A stretch of DNA of 64,000 nt from Spirosomataceae bacterium (GTDB taxonomy: Bacteria > Bacteroidota > Bacteroidia > Cytophagales > Spirosomataceae), in contig JBKBOU010000001.1 in the NCBI GenBank assembly GCA_046293395.1, positions 417,271-481,270 of the forward strand, written 5' to 3'. Made by a program: the position numbers and the translations under genes. A model generated the notes under the pieces. It was not told the origin of the DNA, made no database searches, and saw only the letters and a list, made by a program, of their open reading frames with translations. Below are positions 28,364 through 38,614 of the stretch, piece after piece (the first letter of the stretch is position 1; the number at the start of each line of letters is the position of its first letter).

Positions 28364-29227
28364 TTATCCAAGATAAGCGATCAAAGCTTTGCTTCTGTTG
28401 GTTTGGCGCAAACGACGAATCGCTTTTTCTTTAATTTGCCGAACGCGTTCACGTGTCAAATTAAATTGTTCACCAATCTCCTCTAGTGTCATGGCTTGTG
28501 TGCCATTTAAGCCAAAGTAAAACATAATGACTTCTTTTTCACGAGGAGTTAAAGTATCGAGCGCTCTGAGAACCTCACGACGAAGTGAGTCGTTCATCAG
28601 CTCTTGATCTGGCTTTTCTTCGAGATCGTTTTCCAACACGTCCAATAAACTATTTTCTTCACCCTGTACAAACGGGGCATCGACAGACACGTGGCGACCT
28701 GAAATCTTCATGGTATCAACCACTTCATTTGCTGTAATCTCAAGCACTTCAGCCAATTCTTCTGGAGAAGGTTCTCTTTCGAATTTTTGTTCAAGTTCAG
28801 AATACGTCTTGGAAATTTTATTCAAAGAACCAACCCGGTTCAAAGGCAAACGTACAATCCGTGACTGCTCTGCCAAAGCTTGAAGAATAGATTGGCGAAT
28901 CCACCAAACAGCATACGAAATAAATTTAAAACCACGTGTTTCATCAAAACGTTGAGCGGCTTTGATAAGTCCTAAGTTGCCCTCGTTAATCAAATCGCCA
29001 AGGGAAAGACCTTGGTTTTGGTATTGCTTTGCAACAGACACTACGAAACGAAGATTAGCTTTAGTCAGTCTTTCCAATGATCGCTGATCTCCCTCTCTAA
29101 TCTTTTGAGCTAGGATAACCTCTTCATCCGGAGTTAATAAATCTACTTTACCAATTTCCTGCAAATACTTATCAAGGGATTGACTTTCTCTGTTGGTAAT
29201 TTGTTTACTGATTTTAAGCTGTCTCAT
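28364..29227 (-). CDS. rpoD: Primary RNA polymerase sigma factor (Bacteroidota sigma-A type, no region 1.1)
   Basis: Regions 2-4: [75 protein letters not shown]. Confidence 0.95.
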   Translation of the reverse strand: MRQLKISKQITNRESQSLDKYLQEIGKVDLLTPDEEVILAQKIREGDQRSLERLTKANLRFVVSVAKQYQNQGLSLGDLINEGNLGLIKAAQRFDETRGFKFISYAVWWIRQSILQALAEQSRIVRLPLNRVGSLNKISKTYSELEQKFEREPSPEELAEVLEITANEVVDTMKISGRHVSVDAPFVQGEENSLLDVLENDLEEKPDQELMNDSLRREVLRALDTLTPREKEVIMFYFGLNGTQAMTLEEIGEQFNLTRERVRQIKEKAIRRLRQTNRSKALIAYLG

Positions 29228-29303
29228 ATTTTTTGCCCGAACGCCATTTAAGTTAATTCAAAAAAGTAACACAAAATTAGAACTGAATGTTCAACCTTAG
29301 AGA

Positions 29304-31445
29304 TTATTCAGCTGCTTTTTCTGGTCTTGGTGGTCTTGGTAATAATACCTTTCTAGATAAACGATATTTACCTGATTTTTTATCTATTTCAATCAGTTTT
29401 ACTTGAATCTCTTCTCCAATTTCAAGTACTCCATCCATCGTAGGCAATCTTTCCCAAGAAATTTCAGAAATGTGCAATAAGCCTTCTTTTCCTGGCAAAA
29501 ACTCAACAAAAGCACCAAATGGCTGAATTGATTTTACAATCGCGTCGTATTCTGTACCTACTTCGGGAACAGCAACGATACCTTCTACTCTACTTCTTGC
29601 CATAGCCATTGCTTTGGCATCTTTTGCAAAAATAGAGACATAGCCTTTGTTGTCTTTTTCTTCAATCGTAATCGTTGCACCAGATTCTCTCTGAATCTCC
29701 TGAACGATTTTCCCTCCTGGTCCGATTACTGCACCAATAAATTCACGTTCAATAATAATAACGTGCGCACGAGGTGCATGTGGTTTCAAATCAGCACGTG
29801 GTGTTTCAAGTGCCGACTTCATTATTTGAAGGATATGCAATCTTCCTTCTTTTGCTTGCAACAATGCCTGTTCCAGAACTTCAAATGACAATCCACCAAT
29901 TTTAATATCCATTTGGCAAGCGACAATCCCTTTTTCCGTTCCTGTCACCTTGAAATCCATATCACCTAGATGATCTTCATCTCCTAAAATATCTGAAAGG
30001 ACAGCAAATTTACCTGATTCAATATCTGTAATTAGACCCATTGCAATACCAGAAACTGGTGCTGAAATCGGTACACCTGCATCCATCAAAGACAAACATC
30101 CAGCACAAACGGTCGCCATAGAAGAAGAACCATTGGATTCTAGAATATCTGAAACCACGCGAATCGTATAAGGATTATTTTCTTCTGGCGGTAATACTTT
30201 TTTCAAAGAACGCATAGCCAAATTACCATGACCAATTTCACGACGGCTCGCACCCCTATTTGGTTTTACTTCACCGGTAGAGAATCCAGGGAAGTTATAA
30301 TGCAGATAGAATTTAGAGAAACTTAGCGACATCGCTTGATCTACCAACATTTCATCTAATTTCGTACCTAATGTGGCTGTTGACAAAGATTGAGTTTCTC
30401 CGCGAGTGAACAAAGCAGAACCATGTGCGGATGGAAGATAATCTACTTCGCAGGTGATGGGACGAATTTCCGTCAAGCCCCGACCATCCAAACGCTTGCG
30501 CTCATCCAATACTAATTTGCGGGAAGTATCGTATTTGATTTCACCGAAATACGTTTTAATCAATGTTTCATCGTATCCATGGTCTTCCGGAAGCGATGCC
30601 ATGAACGCATCAAGAACAGCTTGGTATCCTTCACTTCGAACTTGTTTGTTTGCACTTCCTAATTGGCCAACAGCATACGCTTTGTCAAACAACTCTGTGT
30701 ACATACGTTCTTTCAAAGCAGCATCATGGACTTCGTGGTTATATTCACGTTTTACCAAGGCACCTACAGCTTCTGCCAAATCTTTTTGGGCTTGAACTTG
30801 GATTTTAATCGCATCATGCGCTACACGAATAGCATCAATCATTTCTTGCTCAGAAAACTCATTCCCTTCCCCTTCTACCATAATGATGTTTTCGGCAGTA
30901 CCGGCCACAATCAAATCAATAGAAGCCTCTTTCATTTGACTGAAAGTGGGGTTGACAACAAATTCACCATTTATTTTGGCAATACGCACCTCTGAAATAG
31001 GCCCGTTGAAAGGAATATCTGAAACAGCAATAGCTGCGGAAGCCGCGAGAGCAGCCAAAGCATCCGGTTGCACATTTGTATCCGCCGAGTAAAGCGTTAC
31101 TTGTACTTGCACATCTGCGTGGTAATCTTCGGGAAAAATAGGGCGAAGAGCTCGGTCAATTAAACGAGAAACAAGAATTTCGTTATCTGAAAGTCTTCCT
31201 TCTCTACGTTGGAAACTACCAGGGATACGACCAGAACCTGCAAATTTTTCTTGGTAGTCCACAGAGAGTGGAAGGAAATCTGTACCCTCTTTGTGTTTTT
31301 TGGCTGCAACGACTGTTGCGAGCATCATCAGGTTTTCGTGTTTTAAGACAACAGAGCCGTCAGCTTGGCGGGCGAGTTTACCAGTTTCAAGGATAATTTC
31401 CTTTCCATCTGGCATCGTGATTTTTTGTTCTTTGATTGTAAACAT
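29304..31445 (-). CDS. pnp: Polyribonucleotide nucleotidyltransferase (PNPase)
   Basis: Two RNase PH domains, KH ([11 protein letters not shown]) and S1 ([18 protein letters not shown]). I use the ATG at 31445 ([14 protein letters not shown]...) rather than the 14-codon upstream extension. Confidence 0.95.
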   Translation of the reverse strand: MFTIKEQKITMPDGKEIILETGKLARQADGSVVLKHENLMMLATVVAAKKHKEGTDFLPLSVDYQEKFAGSGRIPGSFQRREGRLSDNEILVSRLIDRALRPIFPEDYHADVQVQVTLYSADTNVQPDALAALAASAAIAVSDIPFNGPISEVRIAKINGEFVVNPTFSQMKEASIDLIVAGTAENIIMVEGEGNEFSEQEMIDAIRVAHDAIKIQVQAQKDLAEAVGALVKREYNHEVHDAALKERMYTELFDKAYAVGQLGSANKQVRSEGYQAVLDAFMASLPEDHGYDETLIKTYFGEIKYDTSRKLVLDERKRLDGRGLTEIRPITCEVDYLPSAHGSALFTRGETQSLSTATLGTKLDEMLVDQAMSLSFSKFYLHYNFPGFSTGEVKPNRGASRREIGHGNLAMRSLKKVLPPEENNPYTIRVVSDILESNGSSSMATVCAGCLSLMDAGVPISAPVSGIAMGLITDIESGKFAVLSDILGDEDHLGDMDFKVTGTEKGIVACQMDIKIGGLSFEVLEQALLQAKEGRLHILQIMKSALETPRADLKPHAPRAHVIIIEREFIGAVIGPGGKIVQEIQRESGATITIEEKDNKGYVSIFAKDAKAMAMARSRVEGIVAVPEVGTEYDAIVKSIQPFGAFVEFLPGKEGLLHISEISWERLPTMDGVLEIGEEIQVKLIEIDKKSGKYRLSRKVLLPRPPRPEKAAE

Positions 31446-31460
31446 CAGTAATAAAATTGG

Positions 31461-31485
31461 GCTACGGTTCCGCTTTCGACGTAGC
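31461..31485 (-). promoter_or_regulatory. Stem-loop in the pnp 5' leader
   Basis: On the minus strand GCTACG-13 nt-CGTAGC, 16 nt upstream of the pnp ATG. Confidence 0.45.
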
Positions 31486-31545
31486 AATAGTATCCTCTTA
31501 TAAATTCCGCGGGGATATAGAAAATGGTAAAATAATACAACGGGA

Positions 31546-31572
31546 AAAGGGAACCATCACTGATTCCCCTTT
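31546..31572 (-). terminator. Hairpin directly after rpsO (terminator/attenuator before pnp)
   Basis: On the minus strand AAGGGGAATC-AGTGAT-GGTTCCCTTTT, starting about 5 nt after the rpsO stop. Confidence 0.6.
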
Positions 31573-31576
31573 GAAA

Positions 31577-31852
31577 TTACTTACGAATACCTAATTCAGC
31601 AATAATTGAACGGTATCTCTCAATGTCATTTTTGTACAAATAATCTAACAAACGACGGCGCTTACCAACTAACTTGAGCAAGCCTAGACGCGTAGAATAA
31701 TCGTGTTTGTGTACCTTGAGGTGCCCAGTTAAATGAGCAATGCGATAAGTGAATAAAGCAATCTGCGATTCTGGTGAACCTGTGTCAGTTGCTGTTTTTT
31801 GGAATCCTTTTTGTCCAAAGATTTCCTCTTTTTTCTCCTTAGTTAAATACAT
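31577..31852 (-). CDS. rpsO: 30S ribosomal protein S15
   Basis: [11 protein letters not shown]...[48 protein letters not shown] is canonical S15. rpsO-pnp order. Confidence 0.95.
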   Translation of the reverse strand: MYLTKEKKEEIFGQKGFQKTATDTGSPESQIALFTYRIAHLTGHLKVHKHDYSTRLGLLKLVGKRRRLLDYLYKNDIERYRSIIAELGIRK

Positions 31853-31903
31853 TTGATGTTAACTTAGATTGTAAATTAATTAAGCTACAAATTTACAAAT
31901 AAT

Positions 31904-33382
31904 TCATGAATTTAATGACACATGCAGCCTTTTTTTACGCACTTTATCTTTCAAATACGTAAAAATTGACTTCATGAACGTGCCCTCCAATAAACGGCTA
32001 TCATTAGAAGCTTTGCGGAGTAGAAACAAAGCAATGATGGCCAACACGAAATCAGCAAACCAAACGCCAACCAAAACCTCCACTAAACCTTCTTTCGCAT
32101 ATTTATCTCCCAATTGCATCAGTACATACATAAAAATAAAAAACGATATAGCAATAAGTACAGGCATTCCAAAACCTCCTTTCTTGATGATTGAGCCCAG
32201 TGATGCACCTATCAAAAACATGATAAAGCAAGCAAGTGCCATCGTATATCTATGCCATTTTTCTACCTCAGCACGCGCTATCAATTTTTGGGTATTGTAT
32301 TGCATAGTAGAAGCAAGCTCTAACTGAGAAATCGAACTTTTTGATTGATTGTACGCATTCTCATACGTTAATTCTTTTGCATAACCCTGCTCTACAAATT
32401 TCATTTTTTCATCAATCCAAGCCCCTTCTTTAATTTGAATGGGCCTTTTCAATGAATCCTTGATTTGAACCAATGGTTTAAATTGATAAGAAGAATAATT
32501 TTTGAGAATATTTACTTGATTCTTCGCTGTCTTTTTTAATTCCATCCGAGTGGAATCTACTTGATTATCCAACTCGTTGATAGTCTTCATCAGTTCATGG
32601 TACTTGAACTGGTTTTCATCGGTACGTTTCATCCCGAAGCTCTCCAACGAAAAAACAATCTTATTTGACTTGAATGTATTTTTTAAATACTGAGTTTCCC
32701 GATTGGATTGACCCGAGGCGGCACTCATCTGCTCCGAGTAATTTGCACCATTGTATAATTCCAAAATCAAATGAGAATTACCTAGAATGGAATACATTTT
32801 ACCACTATCTGCAATGGTTACACTTGTATTACCGTCATTTTTTGTATGGTCGTATATAATGATGTCACGAAGCCAATCTCCTTGTTTTTCTTTTTGACGA
32901 ACTTTGATATTGTAGTTCGGAATCTCGTTGTAAAAAATCCCCTCTGTTAAATTTACACTCACTTTTGCAGTACGAATATCATACAACAAACTATACCCTT
33001 TTAGGTTTGCCCAAGGCGCTATACGATTCCCAAACCAGAAGGAAAATAAAGAAATACCCAATGCGAAAAGACCCACAGGAAGAATAATTCGTGGAAGCGG
33101 AATGCCCGCAGACTTGATGGCTGTCAGTTCTACGTGCTCACCGAGATTCCCAAAAGACATTAAGGAGGCGAGCAAGGTAGCAAGTGGAAGAGAAATAGGA
33201 ATCGTCATCAAGGCAAAATACCCGAAGAGTTGGCCATACGTGGTTAAATCAAGCTCTTTACTGACCAAGTCCTCAAAATACATCATCAAAAAACGCATGA
33301 GAAAGATAAAAATGACAACAAGGGTCGTTAAAACAAACGGGCCGATAAACGACCGAAGAACCAGATAATCAATTTTTTTCAT
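31904..33382 (-). CDS. LptF/LptG-family (YjgP/YjgQ) LPS export permease
   Basis: N-terminal LRSFIGPFVLTTLVVIFIFL, three plus three TM helices around a large periplasmic beta-jellyroll-sized insert. Confidence 0.8.
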   Translation of the reverse strand: MKKIDYLVLRSFIGPFVLTTLVVIFIFLMRFLMMYFEDLVSKELDLTTYGQLFGYFALMTIPISLPLATLLASLMSFGNLGEHVELTAIKSAGIPLPRIILPVGLFALGISLFSFWFGNRIAPWANLKGYSLLYDIRTAKVSVNLTEGIFYNEIPNYNIKVRQKEKQGDWLRDIIIYDHTKNDGNTSVTIADSGKMYSILGNSHLILELYNGANYSEQMSAASGQSNRETQYLKNTFKSNKIVFSLESFGMKRTDENQFKYHELMKTINELDNQVDSTRMELKKTAKNQVNILKNYSSYQFKPLVQIKDSLKRPIQIKEGAWIDEKMKFVEQGYAKELTYENAYNQSKSSISQLELASTMQYNTQKLIARAEVEKWHRYTMALACFIMFLIGASLGSIIKKGGFGMPVLIAISFFIFMYVLMQLGDKYAKEGLVEVLVGVWFADFVLAIIALFLLRKASNDSRLLEGTFMKSIFTYLKDKVRKKRLHVSLNS

Positions 33383-33425
33383 GCAAACTTTACCAAATGA
33401 GACCGCAAATGTAAGAAATCAATGA

Positions 33426-33818
33426 TTACCCCCCTACAATATTTTTCAAGGAGTCAATCAATCCGTCCCATAAATCTTCTAAGTCATCTTCGTCTGTACT
33501 AGACGAAAAGTCCGTAATTCGTAAATACGTAGAACCGTCTAGTTCGCTGGCTTCTAGTTTAAATTCCAAATAACTAAGTTCAGGCTCGTCTCCTACAAAC
33601 TCGAAGCGAGCAGATTTATTTAGGCGAGAAGAGGTCATGTGCGCTGTATGATCCTGGTCTTCCCATAAAAAATGGTATAAATGATTGGAATCGACAGAAA
33701 CTTTATCACAAAACCATTGTTCGAGGCCACCTGGTGTACTTAGATAAGGATACAGCACCTTGGCTGAGTTACGAAAGGCGTATTCTCTTGTGAACTTGTA
33801 TTTTGTCATTCTACTCAT
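33426..33818 (-). CDS. SRPBCC/START-like (AHSA1-type) domain protein
   Basis: 130 aa. LYPYLSTPGGLEQWF pattern typical of the Aha1/BPI-like START fold. Weak assignment. Confidence 0.5.
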   Translation of the reverse strand: MSRMTKYKFTREYAFRNSAKVLYPYLSTPGGLEQWFCDKVSVDSNHLYHFLWEDQDHTAHMTSSRLNKSARFEFVGDEPELSYLEFKLEASELDGSTYLRITDFSSSTDEDDLEDLWDGLIDSLKNIVGG

Positions 33819-33912
33819 GTTTAATAAATTTTTACTATTTACTCACAATCAATGGAATATCCTATATTGTTCTTCTTTTTTTCGATAAATTATAAAAAAA
33901 AGTACAAAAAAG

Positions 33913-33943
33913 TTGCAATAAAAAGAAGCAAGTTCTATTTTTG
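33913..33943 (+). promoter_or_regulatory. Candidate promoter for the tRNA-CAT gene (TTG ... TATTTTTG)
   Basis: TTG at 33913 and a TAnnTTTG match at 33936-33943, 18 nt before the tRNA 5' end. Confidence 0.4.
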
Positions 33944-33961
33944 CACTCCGTTACAGTTAAT

Positions 33962-34035
33962 GGCGGGGTAGCTCAGATGGTTAGAGCGTCGGATTCATAA
34001 CCCGGAGGTCACGGGTTCGATTCCCGTCCCCGCTA
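33962..34035 (+). tRNA. tRNA with CAT anticodon (elongator Met or lysidine-modified Ile2; not distinguishable by eye)
   Basis: Cloverleaf GGCGGGG/TA/GCTC-loop-GAGC/G/TCGGA-TTCATAA-CCCGG/AGGTC/ACGGG-TTCGATT-CCCGT/CCCCGCT/A. C11:G24 is elongator-type. My hand fold gives G1.U72 and A31.C39 non-Watson-Crick pairs. No encoded CCA. Confidence 0.85.
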
Positions 34036-34036
34036 C

Positions 34037-34070
34037 AAAAGGTTCTTACGCACAGTAAGAACCTTTTTTT
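34037..34070. terminator. Bidirectional terminator (tRNA / holA)
   Basis: AAAAGGTTCTTAC-GCACA-GTAAGAACCTTTTTTT. Confidence 0.85.
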
Positions 34071-35091
34071 ATGCCCCTAAAATTCCACTGACCAGTTCCC
34101 TATACACTTCTTTCTCCGTCCGGCTGCCCGCATCAATTCCTTTCGAATATCCATCTATTTCTCGAATCACACCAATACTGTACATACACGCTTGCAAACT
34201 AAATTTCCGTGCTGCATTTTTGTAGTCCTTGAGAAAATACGGATTGACACCAAGTTTTGAAGCAAGTTCTGAATCACTGCTCCCTTGCGACCGATGCAAT
34301 AAAATCAACTTGCTAAAAAAGGTAAATAAAACAATCACAAATGGCTGAATTGGGTAATTTTTCGGGTCTCGGCTGAAAAATTCTACAATTTGAAAAGATT
34401 TAAACGCGTCCTTCTCTGTCAGTGCCTTTTGAAGCTCAAAATAATTAAACTCTTTACTTATCCCAATGTATTTCTCGACAACCTCTACCGTAATTGGTTC
34501 ACCAATTGCTAAATTTACAATGGCCTTGTCCAATTCATTCGTCAAATTTTTCAAATTTGCACCCAAGTGATTAACGAGCAACTTCACAGCATCCCCTTCC
34601 AATCCTACTCCCTTTGCTTTGCAATAATCCAATATAAAACCGGGCAATTCATTCTCATAAAGTGGCTTAGAGGCAAAAACGACACCCATTTTGTGTGCTA
34701 ATTTCAACCATGCCTTGCGTTCATCCAATGGCTTGCTGGCTTGTAAAATCAAACATGTCGTATTCGTTGCTTGGGAAATATACTTTTCCAATAATTGTGT
34801 AGCTTCTTTTTGACCTATATCTTGAATCCCCTGCGCTTCCTTGACCCATACAATTTGCTTTTCCGCCATCATCGGAAATTGCCGACATTTAGAAACGATA
34901 GCCCCAACGGATACATCTGGCCCATGTAACGTCCATAAATTAAACTCTTTATCTGCTGCCGACAAACCTGAATCTACGACTTTTTTAGCAATCACATCAC
35001 TAAAATATCCTTCCGCCCCGTGTAAAACATATATAGGAGCAATGGTTGACGCTTTTATTTGCTTGAGAACATCATGTATTTTTTGACTCAT
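34069..35091 (-). CDS. holA: DNA polymerase III subunit delta
   Basis: 340 aa. N-terminal APIYVLHGAEGYF clamp-loader delta pattern. The start overlaps the acpH 3' end by 20 nt. Confidence 0.8.
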   Translation of the reverse strand: MSQKIHDVLKQIKASTIAPIYVLHGAEGYFSDVIAKKVVDSGLSAADKEFNLWTLHGPDVSVGAIVSKCRQFPMMAEKQIVWVKEAQGIQDIGQKEATQLLEKYISQATNTTCLILQASKPLDERKAWLKLAHKMGVVFASKPLYENELPGFILDYCKAKGVGLEGDAVKLLVNHLGANLKNLTNELDKAIVNLAIGEPITVEVVEKYIGISKEFNYFELQKALTEKDAFKSFQIVEFFSRDPKNYPIQPFVIVLFTFFSKLILLHRSQGSSDSELASKLGVNPYFLKDYKNAARKFSLQACMYSIGVIREIDGYSKGIDAGSRTEKEVYRELVSGILGA

Positions 35092-35701
35092 AGGGTATAA
35101 ACTCGTTCATTAAATATTCAGTACAAAATTCTTGAAGCTGGGGATAATAACATAAAAACAAAGACGTAATTTCTTGTTCATTGGCACGAAAAACAGAAAA
35201 AACAGATTCAAAAGAAGGTTTCAAAGTCAATCTTCGACTAATACCCGCCAAAGCCATCTGAATTCCTTCTTCTGACTTGTATTGTGGCAGCCATTTGTGA
35301 AGAAGAAGCGACTGCACCACTTTTTCCATACGTTCCGGATAAAAAGAAGTATATTTCGGGAGAATTGTATAAATATTTTCTGCAAAAGTATCCAAATCAA
35401 CAGACCTCGTGTATAGTTTATCCCAATGATTTGCCAAGAGATAATCAAACAAAACATCCGTAACGATAGACGCAAACTTGCCTTGACTAGGCGCAAAGTA
35501 TGCAGCAACTTCCGACACAAAAGGATGTGTATCTGTAAAATTATCTATTTTTCGGTGCAGAAGAATTCCTTTCTGTATTCCAACAGGTAACGAAGTGAAC
35601 CGATTGTGCGTAAGCTGCCCTTTGATGAAATCACCCATGAAATTACCAATCAGAACATCAGGTTCGTCGCCTGATAAAGCCAAATGTGCTAAATAGTTCA
35701 T
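35072..35701 (-). CDS. acpH: Acyl carrier protein phosphodiesterase
   Basis: MNYLAHLALSG...LIGNFMGDFIKG is the characteristic AcpH N-terminus. Confidence 0.8.
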   Translation of the reverse strand: MNYLAHLALSGDEPDVLIGNFMGDFIKGQLTHNRFTSLPVGIQKGILLHRKIDNFTDTHPFVSEVAAYFAPSQGKFASIVTDVLFDYLLANHWDKLYTRSVDLDTFAENIYTILPKYTSFYPERMEKVVQSLLLHKWLPQYKSEEGIQMALAGISRRLTLKPSFESVFSVFRANEQEITSLFLCYYPQLQEFCTEYLMNEFIPYESKNT

Positions 35702-35704
35702 GCA

Positions 35705-36178
35705 TTAATCAGGTAAAATAGAGGCATATTGAACAACCTCTACGCCAAATTTTTGCAAAAAAGCAACACCCTCGTCAATTTCCAATCCTTTGTATTGCGC
35801 ATACGAGTGCAAATAAACTACCTTTTTGATTTTCATCGTATAGATAACCCGCGCACACGCGATACATGGCGAAAGTGTGACATATAAGGTGGAACCCTCC
35901 ACTTTACTCCCATTTTTCACAGCGTAAAGAATGGCATTTTGTTCCGCATGAAGTGCCAAAGAGCAACTACCTTTGGAGTCTTTCGGACAGCCCGCCTCAC
36001 CAAACTCAATATCACAATTGTGCGTCTCTGCCGGTGGGCCGTTGTATCCAATAGAAATAATGCGGGTTTCATTGGTTAGCACAGCACCGACTTGCGCACG
36101 AACACAATGTGAGCGAAGTGCTAGGTTTTGTGCTAATTCCATGAAAATGGTATCAAAGCGAGGTTTTGATCGTAACAT
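35705..36178 (-). CDS. Deoxycytidylate (dCMP) deaminase, ComEB-type
   Basis: Zinc motifs HAEQNAI and PCIACARVI. I use the internal ATG (MLRSKPRFD..., 36178) because the longer ORF overlaps the upstream gene by 74 nt. Confidence 0.85.
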   Translation of the reverse strand: MLRSKPRFDTIFMELAQNLALRSHCVRAQVGAVLTNETRIISIGYNGPPAETHNCDIEFGEAGCPKDSKGSCSLALHAEQNAILYAVKNGSKVEGSTLYVTLSPCIACARVIYTMKIKKVVYLHSYAQYKGLEIDEGVAFLQKFGVEVVQYASILPD

Positions 36179-36188
36179 AAGGCAAATA

Positions 36189-37463
36189 CTAGAAAATAAG
36201 GATGCGTTTAGAAATGATTTGTTCGCCAATCTCCCACTGACAAATAATGACGCCTTCCTCACGCCAAGACACTGGATAACGCGAAGGACGCCAAAAAATA
36301 CTTGGTGATTGATTAAATTTTTCCTCTTGAATCAGTTGTCCAACGGAATTATAAAAGCGTAACGTAAAATCTTGATAACCTGGAACCAATAACTGAATCG
36401 CCAATGTCTCCAAACTCCCTGGATTATTCAAAACAATCATTTCAGGATTTTCGACCAATTGATTAGCCAGCAGGCTATTGTCCACCAATCTTTTTCTTCT
36501 CTCAGACAATTCCAAAACAAGCCGAAGTCTGTCTCGTTGTCCTGGAGTAAACGTATTCATACAGGAGTCAGGCGTATAATCCATGAAATTTTCCGTCATA
36601 TTTAGGGTTCGCGTTCCGTCACAAAAAGAAAAAGTAGGGCGACAGAATAAAGTTTGATTAGGTGACTCTGTTGGTGGCGTATCTTCTACGAAATCTGTTC
36701 CACAAAATTGGTCTCCCCAAGTATGAATCAAGCCAAGCCAATGGCCGACTTCATGCGTAAGTGTACGCCCATACCCGTAAAATTCATCTGAAACAGTACC
36801 GATTTGTTTACCAAAAACCGTATGATCGATAATCACGCCATCAATGCGTGCATCTACATCCTCCACTTCTAAACCTTCCAAATCTCCGCCAGGAAATTCA
36901 CCAAGGCCAATGTAATTATTCTTTAATTTCGTTACCCAAATGTTCAGGTAGCGGCTGCTGTCCCAATAACTGAGCGCAGATAAGGTGAAGTTATCATCAA
37001 AAACATCGAATGTTTTTTGGGGAGAAAAAACCCGCTGAATACCAGACGTTGGGAAGCCATCGGGGTCTTTGGTGGCAAGGTAAAACTCTATTTTTGTATC
37101 GACACCTTGCGTTGATTTGGTTTGACCGTACAACAGCATTTGGTTTCGATAGTCGTCGTTCAAAACTTTTATCTGAGACAAGATTTGCGCATCACTGATA
37201 TTCCCACTTTCAGGAAGTCCGATTAAGCGAGATACCTCCGAGTGAATTACATGTACAACGACGGGAATCCGAATGAGTGTAGTTGAATCTAAGGAACGCT
37301 CTGATTGGTGGCGAAGCAAAAAACGTTCAAACTGACTATACTTTTCCCATGTTTTAGGCGTATCTTTCTGCCCAACAGCACAAATTCTGCGTTGTTGGGC
37401 GGAAAGCGAAGAGTAAATAAAGAAAAGAAAATAGACTACATAATTAATCCTCGTGTTGCTCAT
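36189..37463 (-). CDS. M43-family (pappalysin/cytophagalysin-like) zinc metalloprotease with T9SS-type C-terminal sorting domain
   Basis: Signal peptide ending SLSAQ, zinc site HEVGHWLGLIHTW, Met-turn region, and a C-terminal ~80 aa beta-rich segment (FTLRFYNSVGQLIQEEKF...KRILIF) like Por/T9SS CTDs. Confidence 0.75.
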   Translation of the reverse strand: MSNTRINYVVYFLFFIYSSLSAQQRRICAVGQKDTPKTWEKYSQFERFLLRHQSERSLDSTTLIRIPVVVHVIHSEVSRLIGLPESGNISDAQILSQIKVLNDDYRNQMLLYGQTKSTQGVDTKIEFYLATKDPDGFPTSGIQRVFSPQKTFDVFDDNFTLSALSYWDSSRYLNIWVTKLKNNYIGLGEFPGGDLEGLEVEDVDARIDGVIIDHTVFGKQIGTVSDEFYGYGRTLTHEVGHWLGLIHTWGDQFCGTDFVEDTPPTESPNQTLFCRPTFSFCDGTRTLNMTENFMDYTPDSCMNTFTPGQRDRLRLVLELSERRKRLVDNSLLANQLVENPEMIVLNNPGSLETLAIQLLVPGYQDFTLRFYNSVGQLIQEEKFNQSPSIFWRPSRYPVSWREEGVIICQWEIGEQIISKRILIF

Positions 37464-38391
37464 ACGCTTTTAGAATTTCGCGAACAAGTGGATGCCGAAC
37501 TACATCCCTTCCATCAAGTTCTATGAATTTAATACCAGCCACTTTGTAGAGCTTTTCCTCTGCATCGACCAATCCAGACTTTTGCTTTTTAGGTAAGTCA
37601 ATTTGTGTTTTATCTCCTGTAATGATAATTTTTGAAGTGGGTCCCATTCGAGTTAAAAACATCTTCAGCTGCATGGGCGTCGTATTTTGCGCTTCATCCA
37701 ACAAAATAAAGGCATTATTTAGGGTTCTTCCACGCATGTAAGCAAGGGGGGCAATTTCAATCGTATTTTTTTCGATGTATCCCTTCAACTTCTCCGAATG
37801 AATCATATCCTCCAAAGCATCGTAAATCGGCCGAAGATAAGGGTCAATTTTTTCTTTTAAATCTCCTGGTAAAAAGCCCAAATTCTCCCCAGCTTCAACG
37901 GCAGGGCGAGTAATAATTATTTTTTTTACCTGTCTATTTTTCAATGCTTGAACTGCCAATGCAACGGCAGTGTAGGTTTTTCCGGTTCCGGCGGGACCAA
38001 TCGCAAAAACAATATCGTGTGTTTGCGCTGCCTCGAGCATCTTTCGTTGGTTTGCTGTTTTCGCTTTGATGACCTGGCCTTTATTCCCATGCAAAATAAT
38101 ATCAGCATCATTTACCGCTTTTGACATGGCTCCCTCCACGTCATTTTGAACATATTGTCGAACCTGCTCTTCTGTGATATGTGTATATTTTAACAAATGA
38201 GCTATGATTTGCTGGATGATTACCTCCACGCTTTCCACTTCTTCCTCTGTTCCTTTCACCACAATTTCGTCACCTCTTGCCACCATCACCAACTGAGGGA
38301 ACGCATCCGCAATCAGTTTGATATGTCTATTTTGCACGCCTACAAAGTCCAATAATGGAACATCTTCAAGTAAGAATCTTTTTTCTGTCAA
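37444..38391 (-). CDS. phoH: PhoH-family ATPase
   Basis: Walker A GPAGTGKTYTAVA, DEAQNTT, ITGDKTQIDLP. Confidence 0.9.
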   Translation of the reverse strand: MTEKRFLLEDVPLLDFVGVQNRHIKLIADAFPQLVMVARGDEIVVKGTEEEVESVEVIIQQIIAHLLKYTHITEEQVRQYVQNDVEGAMSKAVNDADIILHGNKGQVIKAKTANQRKMLEAAQTHDIVFAIGPAGTGKTYTAVALAVQALKNRQVKKIIITRPAVEAGENLGFLPGDLKEKIDPYLRPIYDALEDMIHSEKLKGYIEKNTIEIAPLAYMRGRTLNNAFILLDEAQNTTPMQLKMFLTRMGPTSKIIITGDKTQIDLPKKQKSGLVDAEEKLYKVAGIKFIELDGRDVVRHPLVREILKAYEQHED

Positions 38392-38614
38392 GGGATTTAA
38401 GTGTATAGATTTTGTAAATAATGAATGATTTGAGTTCTAAATAATCACATTTATCTCAAAATACCTAATTTTAAAGTGAGGCAATTTGTTTCAATTTATC
38501 TGTAAAAATCTCGCTCTAGCAATACATTGATAGTCATGACATTAAAGAGTCACTCATTTTTTGACCTTTTTTTATGTTGGAAAAAAATGCAATTTTGTGT
38601 AATCGTTAAAAATT

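Noticed and set aside
36179-36262. Long form of the dCMP deaminase ORF overlapping the protease gene by 74 nt; also the extended starts of pnp (31487), menD (28319), folC (16539, TTG), lpxK (52426), ybeY (57859) and the BatE-like gene (42841, TTG).
   Set aside because: Internal ATG codons give N-termini that match the families. They also remove overlaps with terminators, promoters or neighbouring genes.
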